Shown: piece by piece, positions 1 through 13,342 of the stretch
Layout: every line of letters starts with the position of its first letter
Numbering within the stretch: the stretch's first letter is position 1
From: Macrostomum hystrix
Taxonomy: Eukaryota; Animalia; Platyhelminthes
Assembly: GCA_950097015.1 (NCBI GenBank)
Contig: CATNEN010000005.1
Span: 310,001 to 374,000, forward strand
Reading direction: 5' to 3'
Length of the DNA: 64,000 bases
Notes under the pieces: generated by a model
Database searches by the model: none
Seen by the model: only the letters and a program-made list of their open reading frames with translations
Told to the model about the DNA's origin: nothing
Translations under genes and position numbers: made by a program

Positions 1-53
1 ATGTCAGGTTGAAAGTATGAGTAAAGAATCAAAAGTGATTAAACTGTTCTCAC

Positions 54-3000
54 AATCTTTAAGCCGCAGACCAATGATGAGTTCGTCCGCTTGTCGCAGC
101 AGGCCGGCTGCTGAATTGGCTCCTCCGTCCTCGGCTGCGTCTCCTTTGCTTCTAACAGCCTCAGCCGCTGCCTCCAATGCGTCTAGTCGACCCCTCTGCA
201 GGCACTCCTTCAGCGTGGCCAGCCTCGTCTTGCGCTCTTTGCTAGCTGCCTCCGCTTCTTCGCGCAATTGCCTGCGCTTCTCCTCCGCCTCCGCTTCCGC
301 TTGCTTCCGTTTCTCTTCTTCGTGCTTCCGATTCTCTTCTTCTTGCTTCCGATTCTCTTCTTCTTGCTTCCGATTCTCTTCTTCTTGCTTCCGATTCTCT
401 TCTTCTTGCTTCCGTTTCTCTTCTTCTTGCTTCCGTTTCTCTTCTTCGTGCTTCCGATTCTCTTCTTCTTGCTTCCGTTTCTCTTCTTCTTGCTTCCGAT
501 TCTCTTCTTCTTGCTTCCGTTTCTCTTCTTCTTGCTTCCGATTCTCTTCTTCTTGCTTCCGATTCTCTTCTTCTTGCTTCCGTTTCTCTTCCGCTTCGGC
601 TTCCTCCTGCTTCCGTTTCTCTTCTTCTTGCTTCCGATTCTCTTCTTCTTGCTTCCGATTCTCTTCTTCTTGCTTCCGATTCTCTTCTTCTTGCTTCCGA
701 TTCTCTTCTTCTTGCTTCCGATTCTCTTCTTCTTGCTTCCGTTTTTCTTCCACTTCGGCTTCCTCCTGCTTCCGTTTCTCTTCCTCCTGCTTCCGTGTCT
801 CTTCCTCCTGCTTCCGTTTCTCTTCTTCATGCTTCCGTGTCTCTTCCGCCTCCGCTTCCGCCCGTTTCCGCTCCTCAGCTTCCGCTTGCTCCCGCTGCCG
901 CTTCTCCTCCGCCTGAACGGCCTCCTCCTCAGTCAGTGGTGGCAGCCCCGAGCGCTGCCTGGCATAGTCGGCCTGTCGTCGTCGACGGCGAACAGCTTCG
1001 GCTAGTCGGCGAGAGCGTGATGTCTCGGCTTCCTGACGAGTGGCTTCGCGATTGGCCAAATCTGCCGGAGTCTCGTAGCGGAATGTGAGCAGGGTCGCTG
1101 GTGGCTTGGAGGCGGAGGCTTCAACGGATTCCAGCGTGACCGGCGACCCAGCTTCCTTTGCGTGCTGCGTGGGACGGGATGATCGGGGTTTGAATCTGAT
1201 GAGTCACGTGAGTCACGTGATGCTTTTAGAAAGTCGCGTGATGCTTTTAGAAAGTCACGTGATGCTTTTAGAAAGTCACGTGATGCTTTTAGAAAGTCAC
1301 GTGATGCTTTTATAAAGTCACGTGATGCTTTTATAAAGTCACGTGATGATTTTTTCAAAATCACGTAATTATTTTTTAAGTAACGTTTTGTTTTTTTGAA
1401 GTTTCTTGTTGCTTTTATAAGCAACTTGAGGCATTCTAATTATTCAGCCTTAAAAAAGTCACGTGATGCTTCTAAAGCCCACGCGATAATTTTAAAAGTC
1501 ATGTTCGTCCATGCCGTTCCATGATCACCTGATACCTAAATCACGTGATGCTTTGCTGGAGTCTAAGTTTACATTTCGCAGAAAAAAGCTTTAAGAGTCT
1601 TTCGTAGTCAAAAATTTAATAATTGAGCACATAAAGTTCGTAGAAACTTTCTGATTCCAGCATACCTTAGCAGCCGGCACAGTAGCCTCCAAAACGCCTT
1701 TACTATCTGTGCCCTTGAAAGCGATCAGTTCACCGTTTGGCAGCCGGAGTTTGAGTCGTTCCGTTGCCATAGCAACAGCCGACTCGGCAACGGCCAGCTG
1801 CACCACGGTGGGCGCATCAGCTCGCAACAGAAGCTGCTGGGGAGTCAAGAGCCTGCAGGAATCCGTCAGCCACCAACTCGGTCCGACAAAGGGAAACTGT
1901 TCCGCAGCGACAGTTCGTGACACCCCGACAGCTCTGACCAAATAGTTGAAGAAGCACTTCTCTTCTGCCTTGCCATTGTCTGTCTCGTCGTCTAGCGATG
2001 TCAGTCGAGCCGTCAGCCGCAGCATATAATTTCCGGGCTTCGGGAAGCGAGCAATAAATGCGATTTGTTGACTATCATCCTTGCTGTCGTCACCGTTTTC
2101 TGGTTGGACGAATGTCAAGCCGTCAAGGATTCGATCCCCGCCGCCGACTTCCTTGCCGTCCGCAACGTCCAACATCAGCAGATCGCAGCTGAAACCTTTG
2201 AAGATCTTGTTCTCTGCTTCAGCTCCTTGATCCACGCGCCAGACGGTTTTGAGTTCGAATTCTTCAGTTCGAATGTACGGCTCCGGGTGCGTCACGGGCT
2301 GGAGTCGCTGCAGACGTTTATCACCGCCGTTCGTCGATCCAACGACCCGGCCAAGTTTCAACGCCGAAGCTGGCAAAATTGTCGGAGCGTCGAGGCATTC
2401 AACATCGGCGTCGATTAGGAACTGGCAGAGTGGCCAATCGGCGTCTCCGTAAATCACCAGGGCGTACTGTCCGGCCTCCTTGGCCAGGAAGTGAAACGTG
2501 CTGCCGTCACCAGCTTCCTGACGCCAGGCCAGCAGCTTGCCAGAAGCGTCAGTTTCGTCCTCAACACCGCGCACCGCGGCGCGCAGCGGCTTAGTCGAAT
2601 TCGGGTGCCGCAGTCGCAAAGTCGCCTCCCCGTCGCCGGCTAGAAGTTCGCCGGGCGAGTCGCTTTCAACGCCGGCTTCGGCGGCCCGTCGGCCGGCGCC
2701 GAACTCGCTGAGCTGGCGCGGATCGACCGCCTCGGGCAGGCGACGCGGGTTGGGAGACGCGCAGTGCAGCACGTACATGTACAGCGGGTAGACTGTGACG
2801 CGAACCTCCATACCGCCTGGCGCAATCTGTTCGCAGCGACCTTTGATCAGCAGCTGGTATTTGCCTTTGGCTGGCGGTGTACAGGACACCGTCAGGTCCT
2901 TGCCTGACCGAGAAACTCGAGTCAGCCTCTCCAGGCTGGGATCCTGAACCGCCTGTTTGATAGCCGCCGCGGCGGCCGCGTTGAACGAAGCGGTGTGTAC

Positions 3001-5908
3001 AAACAGCTCGACGCTGTACTCGCGAGTGTCCGGGCCGGCCTCGCGGAAGGTCAACGCGGCCAGACCGTTGGCGGGCACGAGGACAACGTTTCTGGGACAG
3101 TCGACCACTTCTAAGTTGAAGTTGCGCTCGAATTCAATGTTCACCTTGGTTTTGAAATTGGTTCGCGATCGGAAAGCTGGTTTTAGAGAGGGGATTGAGT
3201 GGCAGACCAGTCTGACGCGTTTGCCTCACGCACCAAAATCCACTAGATGGATTCCGCGGCGAGGCCACATTCACTTGGGACGCAGCCGCGGAGAGAAGGC
3301 TTGGGGGCTTGTCGTGCAATTTGCGCCATTGAGAGCCAACCTCCAAGGCACAGTGAGAGTGTACACTGCCTGACGATGAGAAAGTCAGGGCAGATATACA
3401 CACCAGCGTGTGTACATCGTGTGCCTGCATGTGCCTGCGTACAGTATCTGTGTGCGTGTGTGCTCAGGAGTCAGCGAAATGGGCAGAATTGCCTCCTCGC
3501 TGGCTGCGGGTCTGGTGTCACCATCCTTATCTACCTCTCATCCTTATCTACCTCTCATCCTTATCTACCTCTCATCCTTATCTACCTCGATCTCATCCTT
3601 ATCTACCTCTCATCCTTATCTACCTCTCATCCTTATCTACCTCTCATCCTTATCTACCTCTCATCCTTATCTACCTCTCACCTATTTGGGGCGCAGCCTC
3701 GGAGAGAAGGCTTTGGGGGCTTGTCGTGTAATTTACGCCCTTGAGGGCCAAATCTAAGGCACAGTGATAGTGTAAACTGTCTGACAATGAGAAAGTGTGT
3801 GTGCTGCGTGGTCTACTGTCATCCAATTAGTGTCCACAGTTTTGTAATATTTCCACCGCCCCTAGACAATGCTTCGGATTCGAACCTTGGGCATCTGGTA
3901 GAATTCTATGGCGGTCACCGGTCGCACCAGAAGCTGCCATTCGGCCGATTCCAACGGCAGGTGATCCTGAACAAACACGTCCGCATCAGTCAGGAAGTAC
4001 TCTTCGTTGCATTTGTACAGTTTGCTACCGGAGTTGGCTTTGGCGTCGGCCACCTCGCCGCTGGACTCGTCGATTCGTCGATAATTGCCGTCCGAGAAGT
4101 TGACGACAGCCGTGGAGCCCCAGTGCGCGTCGACTAGGCGCCATTCGCCGCGCATCCAGCAGGCGAACCAGATGCCAGTGGAGCGACACGCGTGACCGAG
4201 CTTGAACTCGATGCCCTTCTTGAAGCCGCGAAGTCGCTTGTAGGGAATCGAACCGGCGCTGTAATTGTAAAGTTTGAGAACGAGCGAATAAAGGAGGAAA
4301 GAATAAATGATTAAAAGTCAAAAGCTTGTAAGAACGTGAGTAATTAGAGGAGAATTAGTCGGGGAGGAGGAGGGGAGGTTGTAGCCTAGTGGTTAGAGCG
4401 TCGGACTCACGACTTGAAGGTCGGGGGTTCGATTCCAGACCCCCAACGTAAGAATTTGTGTCTTTTGCAAGATACATAACTCTGCATTACTTCAGTTCAC
4501 CCAGCTGTTAAATGGGTACCAGTATCACCTGGGGTAAATTAGGGTGGTTGTAGAGTCCCTAGTCCATGGACTCAAGTCCATGGACTCAACAGCCGTACGC
4601 AGCCTTCAAATGAGCCGCGCAATAGCTGCGGCTGTGCTGTCGGCTGCACATCTGGCCCAGCTAGAGGAAAGCGAGTAAGTACTTAGGGGAGAACGAGTGA
4701 GTAATTAGTAGAGAACGAGTGAGTAATTAGTAGAGAACGAGTGAGTAATTAGTAGAGAACGAGTGAGTAATTAGTAGAGAACGAGTGAGTAATTAGTAGA
4801 GAACGAGTGAGTAATTAGTAGAGAACGAGTGAGTAATTAGTAGAGAACGAGTGAGTAATTAGTAGAGAACGAGTGAGTAATTAGTAGAGAACGAGAGAGT
4901 AATTAGTAGAGAACGAGTGAGTAATTAGTAGAGAACGAGTGAGTAATTAGTAGAGAACGAGTGAGTAATTAGTAGAGAACGAGTGAGTAATTAGTAGAGA
5001 ACGAGTGAGTAATAAGGGGAGAACGAGTGAGTAATTAGTAGAGAACGAACGAGTAATTAGTAGAGAACGAGAGAGTAATTAGTAGAGAACGAGTGAGTAA
5101 TTAGTAGAGAACGAGAGAGTAATTAGTAGAGAACGAGTGAGTAATTAGTAGAGAACGAGTGAGTAATTAGTAGAGAACGAGTGAGTAATTAGTAGAGAAC
5201 GAGTGAGTAATTAGTAGAGAACGAGTGAGTAATTAGTAGAGAACGAACGAGTAATTAGGTAAGAACGAGTATTTGGGCACTCGATAAACGACTTAAACAG
5301 GGGCAGATTAATCTCAATCCAATGAATGTCCAAAGCGTCGAAAATTCTCACACTAGCAGCCTTTCAAACACATCGGACTGCATCGAATGGTCTCGCATTT
5401 TGGCCACAATGTCCATCGGGCCGCCTTTCAATGCGCCGGCTGAGTTTTTGCTAATTTTCGCCGGATCCGCGGTGCCAACAAAACAGAAGGCCGCTCTCAG
5501 CTTGTCCAACTCGTCGCGACAGCCTGAGAACAATTGCTCGCCGAATGACTCCCATGACTGTCTGGCTGATGGCAACTGACTCCTGGCCCGCCTGTCGATT
5601 TCGACAAAATCGGCCAAATTGAACAGATCCGATTTGCGACGCCGCGACGGCAGCGGCGCACCGGGCAGTGTCGACTCCTTGGGCGAACGACCGAACTCAA
5701 TCTGTCGTCTAGCCAACCAGTGAAGTGTGGGATAGGTGCCCTGTTTTACAGCCTCAATTAGATCTATCTCAGGCGGATAGCAATGCGACTCTAAAGGTAG
5801 TTCGTCAGTTTCTAGGACATAGTTGTAGGATTTCAGGTGATCAGGAAGCTGCTGCTGGTGGGTCTGCTGATTGGCAGGTTTCTCTTTCACATTTGTTGAA
5901 GATGCCAT
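54..5908 (-). CDS. KY (kyphoscoliosis peptidase)/hillarin-like transglutaminase-fold protein with Ig-like repeats and a charged coiled-coil repeat; multi-exon, continues beyond the left edge
   Basis: Exons about 5352-5908, 3886-4258, 1666-3144 and 54-~1195, with GT/AG junctions (GTGAG donor at 5347-5351, TACAG acceptor at 4259, GTATG donor at 1664, GTGAG donor at 49-53). Spliced FERLLV-AGSIPYKRLRGFKKG...WRLVDAHWGS...NEEYFLTDADVFVQDHLP...WQLL matches the KY pattern FERMCRLAG..GYSKG..WHLVDSTWGS..NEFYFLT..F..DHFP..WQLL. Some internal junctions are approximate. Confidence 0.8.
270..870 (-). repeat. Coding 21-bp minisatellite encoding (EEE[K/N]RKQ)n
   Basis: About 28 units of TCTTCTTCTTGCTTCCG(A/T)TTC inside the open frame 4..1059. 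Confidence 0.95.
1200..1350. repeat. 21-bp intronic tandem repeat (GATGCTTTTAGAAAGTCACGT)
   Basis: About 6 units, each containing CACGTG or a variant. Confidence 0.9.
1763..1776. promoter_or_regulatory. RFX X-box-like motif GTTGCCATAGCAAC inside a coding exon
   Basis: Matches the 14-bp X-box consensus GTHNYY-AT-RRNAAC; sequence match only. Confidence 0.35.
3190..3520 (+). mobile_element. tRNA-headed SINE family 2 copy (further partial copy at 3684-3800)
   Basis: Shares GATTCCGCGGCGAGGCCACA...CTGCCTGACGATGAGAAAG with 29000-29165 (-) and the body with 13500-13725 (+). The 29.1-kb copy shows A-box-like TGGCTGAGCGG and B-box-like GCTCGATTCC. Confidence 0.7.
3523..3680. repeat. 17-bp tandem repeat (ATCCTTATCTACCTCTC)
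   Basis: About 9 units, intronic. Confidence 0.95.
4377..4684 (+). mobile_element. tRNA-headed SINE family 1, near full length
   Basis: Head GGTTGTAGCCTAGTGGTTAGAGCG...GGGTTCGATTCC (A and B boxes), then core TTCAGTTCACCCAGCTG. Other copies at 10819-10925 (+), 15055-15215 (-) and 40660-40862 (-). Confidence 0.85.
4690..5262. repeat. 22-bp minisatellite (GAGAACGAGTGAGTAATTAGTA)
   Basis: About 26 units in an intron of the KY-like gene, directly after the SINE tail. Confidence 0.97.
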
Positions 5909-5984
5909 TGCTTTTGTTACGAGCTATTGTCGCTTTCCTAAAGAGTTAAATAAAGATTGAAAAAGACCACTTTTAAAAGATTAG

Positions 5985-8180
5985 ATAAACATGATCTTAG
6001 ACTGCTAGACATGATCCTAGACTGTTAGACATGATCCTAGACTGCTAGACATGATCCTAGACTGTTAGACATGATCCTAGACTGTTAGACATAATCCTAG
6101 ACTGTTAGACATGATCCTAGACTGCTAGACATGATCCTAGACTGTTAGACATGATCCTAGACTGTTAGACATGATCCTAGACTGCTAGACATGATCCTAG
6201 ACTGTTAGACATGATCCTAGACTGTTAGACATGATTCTAGACTGTTCGACATGATCCTAGACTTTTAGACATGATTCTAGACTGTTAGACATGATCCTAG
6301 ACTGTTAGACATGATCCTAGACTGTTAGACATGATCCTAGACTGTTAGACATGATTCTAGACTGTTCGACATGATCCTAGACTTTTAGACATGATCCTAG
6401 ACTGTTAGACAGAATCCTAGACTGTTCGACATGATCCTAGACTGTTACACATGATTCTAGACTGTTCGACATGATCCTAGACTTTTAGACATGATCCTAG
6501 ACTTTTAGACATGATTCTAGACTGTTAGACATGATCCTAGACTGTTAGACATGATCCTAGACTGTTAGACAAGATCCTGGACTGTTAGACATGATCCTAG
6601 ACTGTTAGACATGATCCTAGACTGTTAGACAAGATCCTGGACTGTTAGACATGATCCTAGACTGTTAGACAAGATCCTGGACTGTTAGACATGATCCTAG
6701 ACTGTTACACATGATTCTAGACTGTTCGACATGATCCTAGACTTTTAGACATGATTCTAGACTGTTAGAAATAATCCTAGACTGTTAGACATGATCCTAG
6801 ACTGTTAGACATGATCCTAGACTGTTAGACATGATCCTAGACTTTTAGACATGATTCTAGACTGTTAGACATGATCCTAGACTGTTAGAAATAATCCTAG
6901 ACTGTTAGACATGATCCTAGACTGTTAGAAATAGTCCTAGACTGTTAGACAAGATCCTGGACTGTTAGACATGATCCTAGACTGTTAGAAATAATCCTAG
7001 ACTGTTAGACATGATCCTAGACTGTTAGAAATAGTCCTAGACTGTTAGACATGATCCTAGACTGTTAGACATGATCCTAGACTGTTAGACAAGATCCTGG
7101 ACTGTTAGACATGATCCTAGACTGTTAGACATGATCCTAGACTGTTAGACATGATCCTAGACTGTTAGACATGATCCTAGACTGTTACACATGATTCTAG
7201 ACTGTTCGACATGATCCTAGACTTTTAGACATGATTCTAGACTGTTAGACATGATCCTAGACTGTTAGAAATAATCCTAGACTGTTAGACATGATCCTAG
7301 ACTGTTAGAAATAGTCCTAGACTGTTAGACATGATCCTAGACTGTTAGACGTGATCCTAGACTGTTAGACATGATCCTAGACTGTTAGACAAGATCCTAG
7401 ACTGTTAGACATGATCCTAGACTGTTAGACAGAATCCTAGACTGTTCGACATGATCCTAGACTGTTACACATGATTCTAGACTGTTCGACATGATCCTAG
7501 ACTTTTAGACATGATTCTAGACTGTTAGACATGATCCTAGACTGTTAGACATGATCCTAGACTGTTAGACATGATCCTAGACTGTTAGACATGATCCTAG
7601 ACTGTTAGACATGATCCTAGACTGTTAGAAATAGTCCTAGACTGTTAGACATGATCCTAGACTGTTAGACATGATCCTAGACTGTTAGAAATAGTCCTAG
7701 ACTGTTAGACATGATCCTAGACTGTTAGACATGATCCTAGACTGTTAGACATGATCCTAGACTGTTAGACATGATCCTAGACTGTTAGAAATAGTCCTAG
7801 ACTGTTAGACATGATCCTAGACTGTTAGACAGAATCCTAGACTGTTCGACATGATCCTAGACTGTTACACATGATTCTAGACTGTTCGACATGATCCTAG
7901 ACTTTTAGACATGATTCTAGACTGTTAGACATGATCCTAGACTGTTAGACATGATCCTAGACTGTTAGAAATAGTCCTAGACTGTTAGACATGATCCTAG
8001 ACTGTTAGACATGATCCTAGACTATTAGAAATAGTCCTAGACTGTTAGACATGATCCTAGACTGTTAGACATGATCCTAGACTGTTAGACATGATCCTAG
8101 ACTGTTAGACATGATCCTAGACTGTTAGACAGAATCCTAGACTGTTAGACATGATCCTAGACTGTTACACATGATCCTAA
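5985..8180. repeat. 20-bp satellite (ACTGTTAGACATGATCCTAG)
   Basis: About 110 units with recurring variant blocks. Confidence 0.98.
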
Positions 8181-8807
8181 ACTGTTTTACCTATATAAAA
8201 CGTATTGCAGTCTTTAAAGTTGCTGATTATCAAGTAGGAATTCAGACTAAACGGATTAATCTTGTTCCTCATTAGTTATCCTCTCCGACTAGAATTTATA
8301 TTTGACTATCATCTAAAAACTTTGTCATATGTCAATCAAAATAGCCTCGACAAAAAATGCTGGAAAGATTATTGAACTGCCTCCTTAATTAATCTATAGT
8401 CCTGTGAGTGCCACTGTAAACTGTTTACCTACCCAGACTCATAAAAAATATGAAAATATTAGTTTTTAACATACCCTCATGCAGGTTAGTCCATGGACTA
8501 ATTGAGTTGCTAACTAGCTGCTACAGGCAGGTAGATGCTTTCTGTGTAAAGTTAAATTTGCAATTATTAAGCTCAAAACGCGGGTGAGCACTGTCAAATA
8601 TTCTATCCGTTGTCTCTCCCCAAAAATTGCTTCTATAGAAGCAGTTTATTTATAAGGTCCACGCTATTCTACCCCACCCAAAACTACAGCCAATCTCGGA
8701 TCCCAAATCCCAAACCCATCTTGCTAGAGAGGCCATTGTTCCTACTAATTCTATTCAAATTCTGCTTCTCTAGAATGTGCCGGGGTGGTAAGAAGGGCTT
8801 TGTCACT

Positions 8808-8822
8808 GTTGCCTATGGCAAC
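8808..8822. promoter_or_regulatory. X-box-like palindrome GTTGCCTATGGCAAC upstream of the KY-like gene
   Basis: GTTGCC-N3-GGCAAC in unique non-coding DNA between two satellites. Confidence 0.4.
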
Positions 8823-9084
8823 CATTTTTTAAAGCATTGAGTTGATGTATTAGATGTATAGAGGTGATGCACATAGGCGAAAGAACGAGAGAGACCTAAA
8901 CGGCTATTTTGTTACTGTGTATAGCCTACTTTTGCCTGAAATATTATGTAAATTGAGTCGGTGCAGACACAATGGGCGACAAAATCAATAATACCTAGTA
9001 AATCAAGTTTATTGAAAAAAAGATTTTTAAAATAGGCAAAAGAAGCTAGACTAGAAAGGCAGCATAAGCGAAAACTATTAGATA

Positions 9085-9955
9085 GGTTCGATAACTGTTA
9101 GACATATCGATAACTGTTAGACATATCGATAACTGTTAGACATATCGATAACTGTTAGACATATCGATAACTGTTAGACATATCGATAACTGTTAGACAT
9201 ATCGATAACTGTTAGACATATCGATAACTGTTAGACATATCGATAACTGTTAGACAAGATCGATAACTGTTAGACATATCGATAACTGTTAGACATATCG
9301 ATAACTGTTAGAAAAGATCGATAATAGTTAGACAGGATCGATTACTGTTAGACAAGATTGATAATAGTTAGACAGGATCGATTACTGTTAGACAAGATTG
9401 ATAATAGTTAGACAAGATTGATAAACTGTTAGACAGATCAATAACTGTTAGACATATCGATAACTGTTAGACATATCGATAACTGTTAGACATAATGATA
9501 ACTGTTAGAAAAGATCGATAATAGTTAGACAGGATCGATTACTGTTAGACAAGATTGATAATAGTTAGACAGGATCGATTACTGTTAGAAAAGATCGATA
9601 ATAGTTAGACAGGATCGATTACTGTTAGACAAGATTGATAATAGTTAGACAGGATCGATTACTGTTAGACAAGATCGATAACTGTTAGACAGGATCGATT
9701 ACTGTTAGACAAGATTGATAATAGTTAGACAGGATCGATTACTGTTAGACAAGATTGATAATAGTTAGACAGGATCGATTACTGTTAGACAAGATTGATA
9801 ATAGTTAGACAGGATCGATTACTGTTAGAAAAGATCGATAATAGTTAGACAGGATCGATTACTGTAAGACGATAACTGTTAGACATAAGGATCGATAACT
9901 GTTAGACAGGATCGAAAACTGTTAGACAGGATCGATAACTGTTAGACAGGATTGT
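9085..9955. repeat. 19-bp minisatellite (ACTGTTAGACATATCGATA) related to the 20-bp satellite
   Basis: About 45 units sharing ACTGTTAGACA. Confidence 0.95.
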
Positions 9956-10818
9956 CACCTATTAACCAAAATGATTTAGGTCATTTTTATTTATGACTGC
10001 ACGTTTTCAAACATTTAATTAAAGTTCTTTTTTTTCTTTTATCCGAGATATATCGAAACGATACCAGTGTTTAAGTCAGAGCCAAGTTTAAGTGTATATT
10101 TTGAATGTGAAGTCGACAATACTTTTTTACTTGCAGCAGTAAAAAATATTTTGATTGACATTCTGAAATCGAAAGTAGAATTTTGTGGACTTGCAAATAT
10201 CTCATGGAAAAAATCAACTCGACAAAGAGGAAAACTATTTTTCTAGAGTTGCTTCCAGAAGCAAATGCTGCACATTTCCACAAGCTTAATTCAAGCTATC
10301 ATTTGAGTTGATATCTTTAGCTCAATTTTGCTTCTGTGTTTTAGCATCTGACACGGTTGACGAAGCAGGTTCTTGAGCAGATCTAGATCAGGGAGCTTTC
10401 GCGATCAGCCAAGTGTTTCTTGGAACAAAGCTGGTGGATTAGGGACAGGAGAGAAAAATAAATGGGAGAGAACAGGGCAGAAAACGCGGAGAGAACAGGG
10501 GAGAGAACGGGAGAGAACATGGAAGAGAAAACGGGGAAGAGAAAAGGGGGAGAGAGCAGGGAAAAGAAGATTAAAGTCGATTAGTCGCATCTGTGGACGG
10601 AAGTCATCGCCAGAGATCGTGTTGTGCAAAAAAAATTGTAACTAGGTAAAGCATTAAATTAATTTTACGTTAATAAACTTATACTCGTACACCTTTAAGT
10701 AGTCTGATAAGTAACGTCTCATTGTCTTAAGTCGCATGCAGACGTGCATAGCAGGTTGTCGAAACTGTCTGAGAATATGCCAAATACGCATAGTATGTTG
10801 CCTGCTTTCACAATTTGC

Positions 10819-10925
10819 ATTGCTTCAGTTCACCCAGCTGCTAGATTGATACCAGCAGTTTAAGATGAAGGCGTCCCGGCCCAGTCCACTGACTGAACAG
10901 CCGAATGCCGCTCAATTTAGAGCTG
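10819..10925 (+). mobile_element. SINE family 1 internal fragment
   Basis: GCATTGCTTCAGTTCACCCAGCTG core similar to 4482-4510. Confidence 0.7.
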
Positions 10926-12793
10926 CACTAGAATTTTTGCTTTATTATGCTGCTTCGAATACCCCACGAAACGTCAAGTTCCTCTGGCAAGTAACTAAGA
11001 TTCGATTTTAATTTAGGAAGTTCTGCTGTGATATTTTGACTTAGGTCTCTCTTTACGTTGAGATTCCTAAATGAGGTCGGGTGTCCTACTCTTTGTGAGA
11101 GATTCTCTTTTCGCAACTCGAAAATAACGAAGACAAGACGATTCAAATTCCCAGCTAAACAGCTGATATTTAAGTGTTAATTAGTAAATATGAGAAAGCT
11201 ATGATCACTGATCAATTCCCCTGGCAGCGCTCTTTTCGTCCCCTGCCAGGTACTGTACTTAATTCAATCCAATTCACAATTCGCACTAACAAAATCTCGA
11301 TAACCGCAACACAAAACACGAACTCTACTCGATAATACGACACGATAAATAACACAAATAAATCCTAGACAAACAGATAGTCCCTATAACAAACAAGATA
11401 AATAACGCGAAACCTAACCAAAATCCCTAACATAAAACCGAGGCGACCAGCAAGCACTTCTGCACTATGGCACAACGATAGTTCTATCGTGCCACACCTA
11501 ATGTCTGTTCGACGGCGTCCCACCGATGATTGTCGGCGATATGGAGAGTGCTTCCGTGCTTGCCAATCCCTATCTAACACTCCGTCAGCAGTTGGCCAGA
11601 CGTACCGAGCTCAGCGCAAGCTACTTACTGACGTGGGGTTGAGTGTGGGGGTTTTCTTTGACTAACTAGTTGGACCGGTTTACCTGTCCCGGTATCTATT
11701 TACTAGGATGCATAACACGAATGAGAACAATATCAAGATCAAGAGCAAGAGCGAGGTCAAACGCGAGACCAGAATCACATGAGAACAATATTTCAGCGCA
11801 ATAGTCAGTTTTATAGTCAAGCGCCCGCCCCAGCCCTCATCAAAGCCTGGGTGCCGGCCGCGCCGCTTGTTCTTCTGCCAGGTCGACCCTGCCGGTTAAC
11901 GAACCGGCTGCTGATTGGCCCGGCTCGGGGTGTCGCACTTAAGTCGGTTCACTTCAATCGGCTAGCCGTCCTCCCATTGGTTGGGCCCACCAGACCAGGG
12001 CTAGTCTGATGCCTTGGCTGTAGAGCAGGGGTGACCGGCCGGTCGCGTGTTAGGCCTGGCTGGGGTGCGCATGTACAAACAACTAACCTATAAGATACAT
12101 TTAAAAAATTCATAATATTGACGTGCGCGAATAAGTTACTACAAGTAGAAATATACGCATTATAAAAACATGCCGACACTACACTGCCAACGCAAATTAA
12201 GACGTCTCTCTATCTAGACAGTCATATTGGCCTTTAAGAGTGGTCTGTGGTCGGAGGGATCAGTGAACCTTGGCGTTGCTTCCAGTCTAGATTTATCTAT
12301 ACAACTGAATGCTCTCTAGACCTAAAGAGCTGACTCATCGCCTGACACCACCTTGCTGTGGGTGAGTCCAGTCAGCAATATACTGTCTGGCTATGTTAGT
12401 CAGCTCAGGCTAAGAAATTCACAATAACACCGCCCTGTTAAAGAGGTCGAAACTAGGGCAGAGAAGCAAGGCTAAGAGAGGAAACATTATCGATCAATTC
12501 GGTTATGCTCACAAAAGCCTAAAAGAAAAAGAGGAACTACAGTACTTTTCTCGGAAATTAAAGACTAGATTAGATTCTAAATTATTCTAAATAAGCGCAA
12601 TTTCTTTCGAAACAATACAAATAAAGAACAAAGGATTTATTACAAAAAATATTACTTTTGTTTGATAAACTTGTCGACCTAACAACAATAAATTAAACCA
12701 TCTGTGTTAATCGCACAAAATGAAACTCTGCATTTGTATTTATTAAACAATGAAGCGCAGGCAATTAATCTAGCTATACAAAGTGCAGTGCAC

Positions 12794-13342
12794 CTATTTT
12801 ACAGAGCGCAGCCTCCACAGGCCGTCATTCAAACAGTGCACAGTCTCAATTCCTACGCCCTTATTCTTGCTGGCAATGTCTTCAGCGCTCATCGAAGTCA
12901 GGCCGACAGCCAAGGCGTGCTGCTTGCCTTCGGCCATGACTGCGACAACAGTGCCAGCCGGAACCTGGGCTAGCCGACCTCCTGGCGTGGTCAGGCCTGG
13001 ACACATCACATTGGACCCGTTGAGTAGGAATTTAATCGCTCCCTTGTCGGCTTGCATATGCGGCAGCATAAACGGATAGCGATGCAACAGTTTCAAGCTG
13101 GGATAAAGTGGAGAGTCGCGCTGCTTGAAGAACAGAACCTCGCCAGCCGGATTGGCATAGAGCTCGATGTGCTCGTGACACTTCACAACGCTAAGAGTCT
13201 CCTTCTTGGGTAGGATCTGATCAACGTACTCCGCACAGCCGGGATACTGGGATAGGATGGTGTTGCGAATGGCCTTCTGCACACTGTTCTTAGCATTGTT
13301 CACCGAGGAAATGTTCTCTTTTTCTTCGAATTTGCGAAACAT
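12794..13342 (-). CDS. MCTS1: Malignant T-cell amplified sequence 1 (MCT-1, PUA-domain translation re-initiation factor), intronless, 182 aa
   Basis: MFRKFEEKEN...KCHEHIE...YPSLKLLHRYPF...DKGAIKF...GSNVMCPGLT...MAEGKQHALAVG...NKGVGIE...LNDGLW aligns end to end with human MCTS1. AATAAA (minus) at 12739-12744. TTTTTTTAG acceptor upstream at 13421. Confidence 0.97.
   Translation of the reverse strand: MFRKFEEKENISSVNNAKNSVQKAIRNTILSQYPGCAEYVDQILPKKETLSVVKCHEHIELYANPAGEVLFFKQRDSPLYPSLKLLHRYPFMLPHMQADKGAIKFLLNGSNVMCPGLTTPGGRLAQVPAGTVVAVMAEGKQHALAVGLTSMSAEDIASKNKGVGIETVHCLNDGLWRLRSVK

Noticed and set aside
3366-3395. Hammerhead-like CTGACGA...GAAA in SINE family 2
   Set aside because: No stem II between the motifs, and the flanks pair with each other as a simple hairpin
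4377-4447. tRNA gene (CAC anticodon-like)
   Set aside because: Imperfect anticodon and acceptor stems, and it continues into a dispersed repeat body, so it is a SINE head
5985-9955. CRISPR-like array
   Set aside because: No unique spacers; contiguous tandem units in eukaryotic DNA
11265-12080. Possible solo LTR (TATA-like element, skewed composition)
   Set aside because: No target-site duplication, second LTR or PBS could be identified by eye
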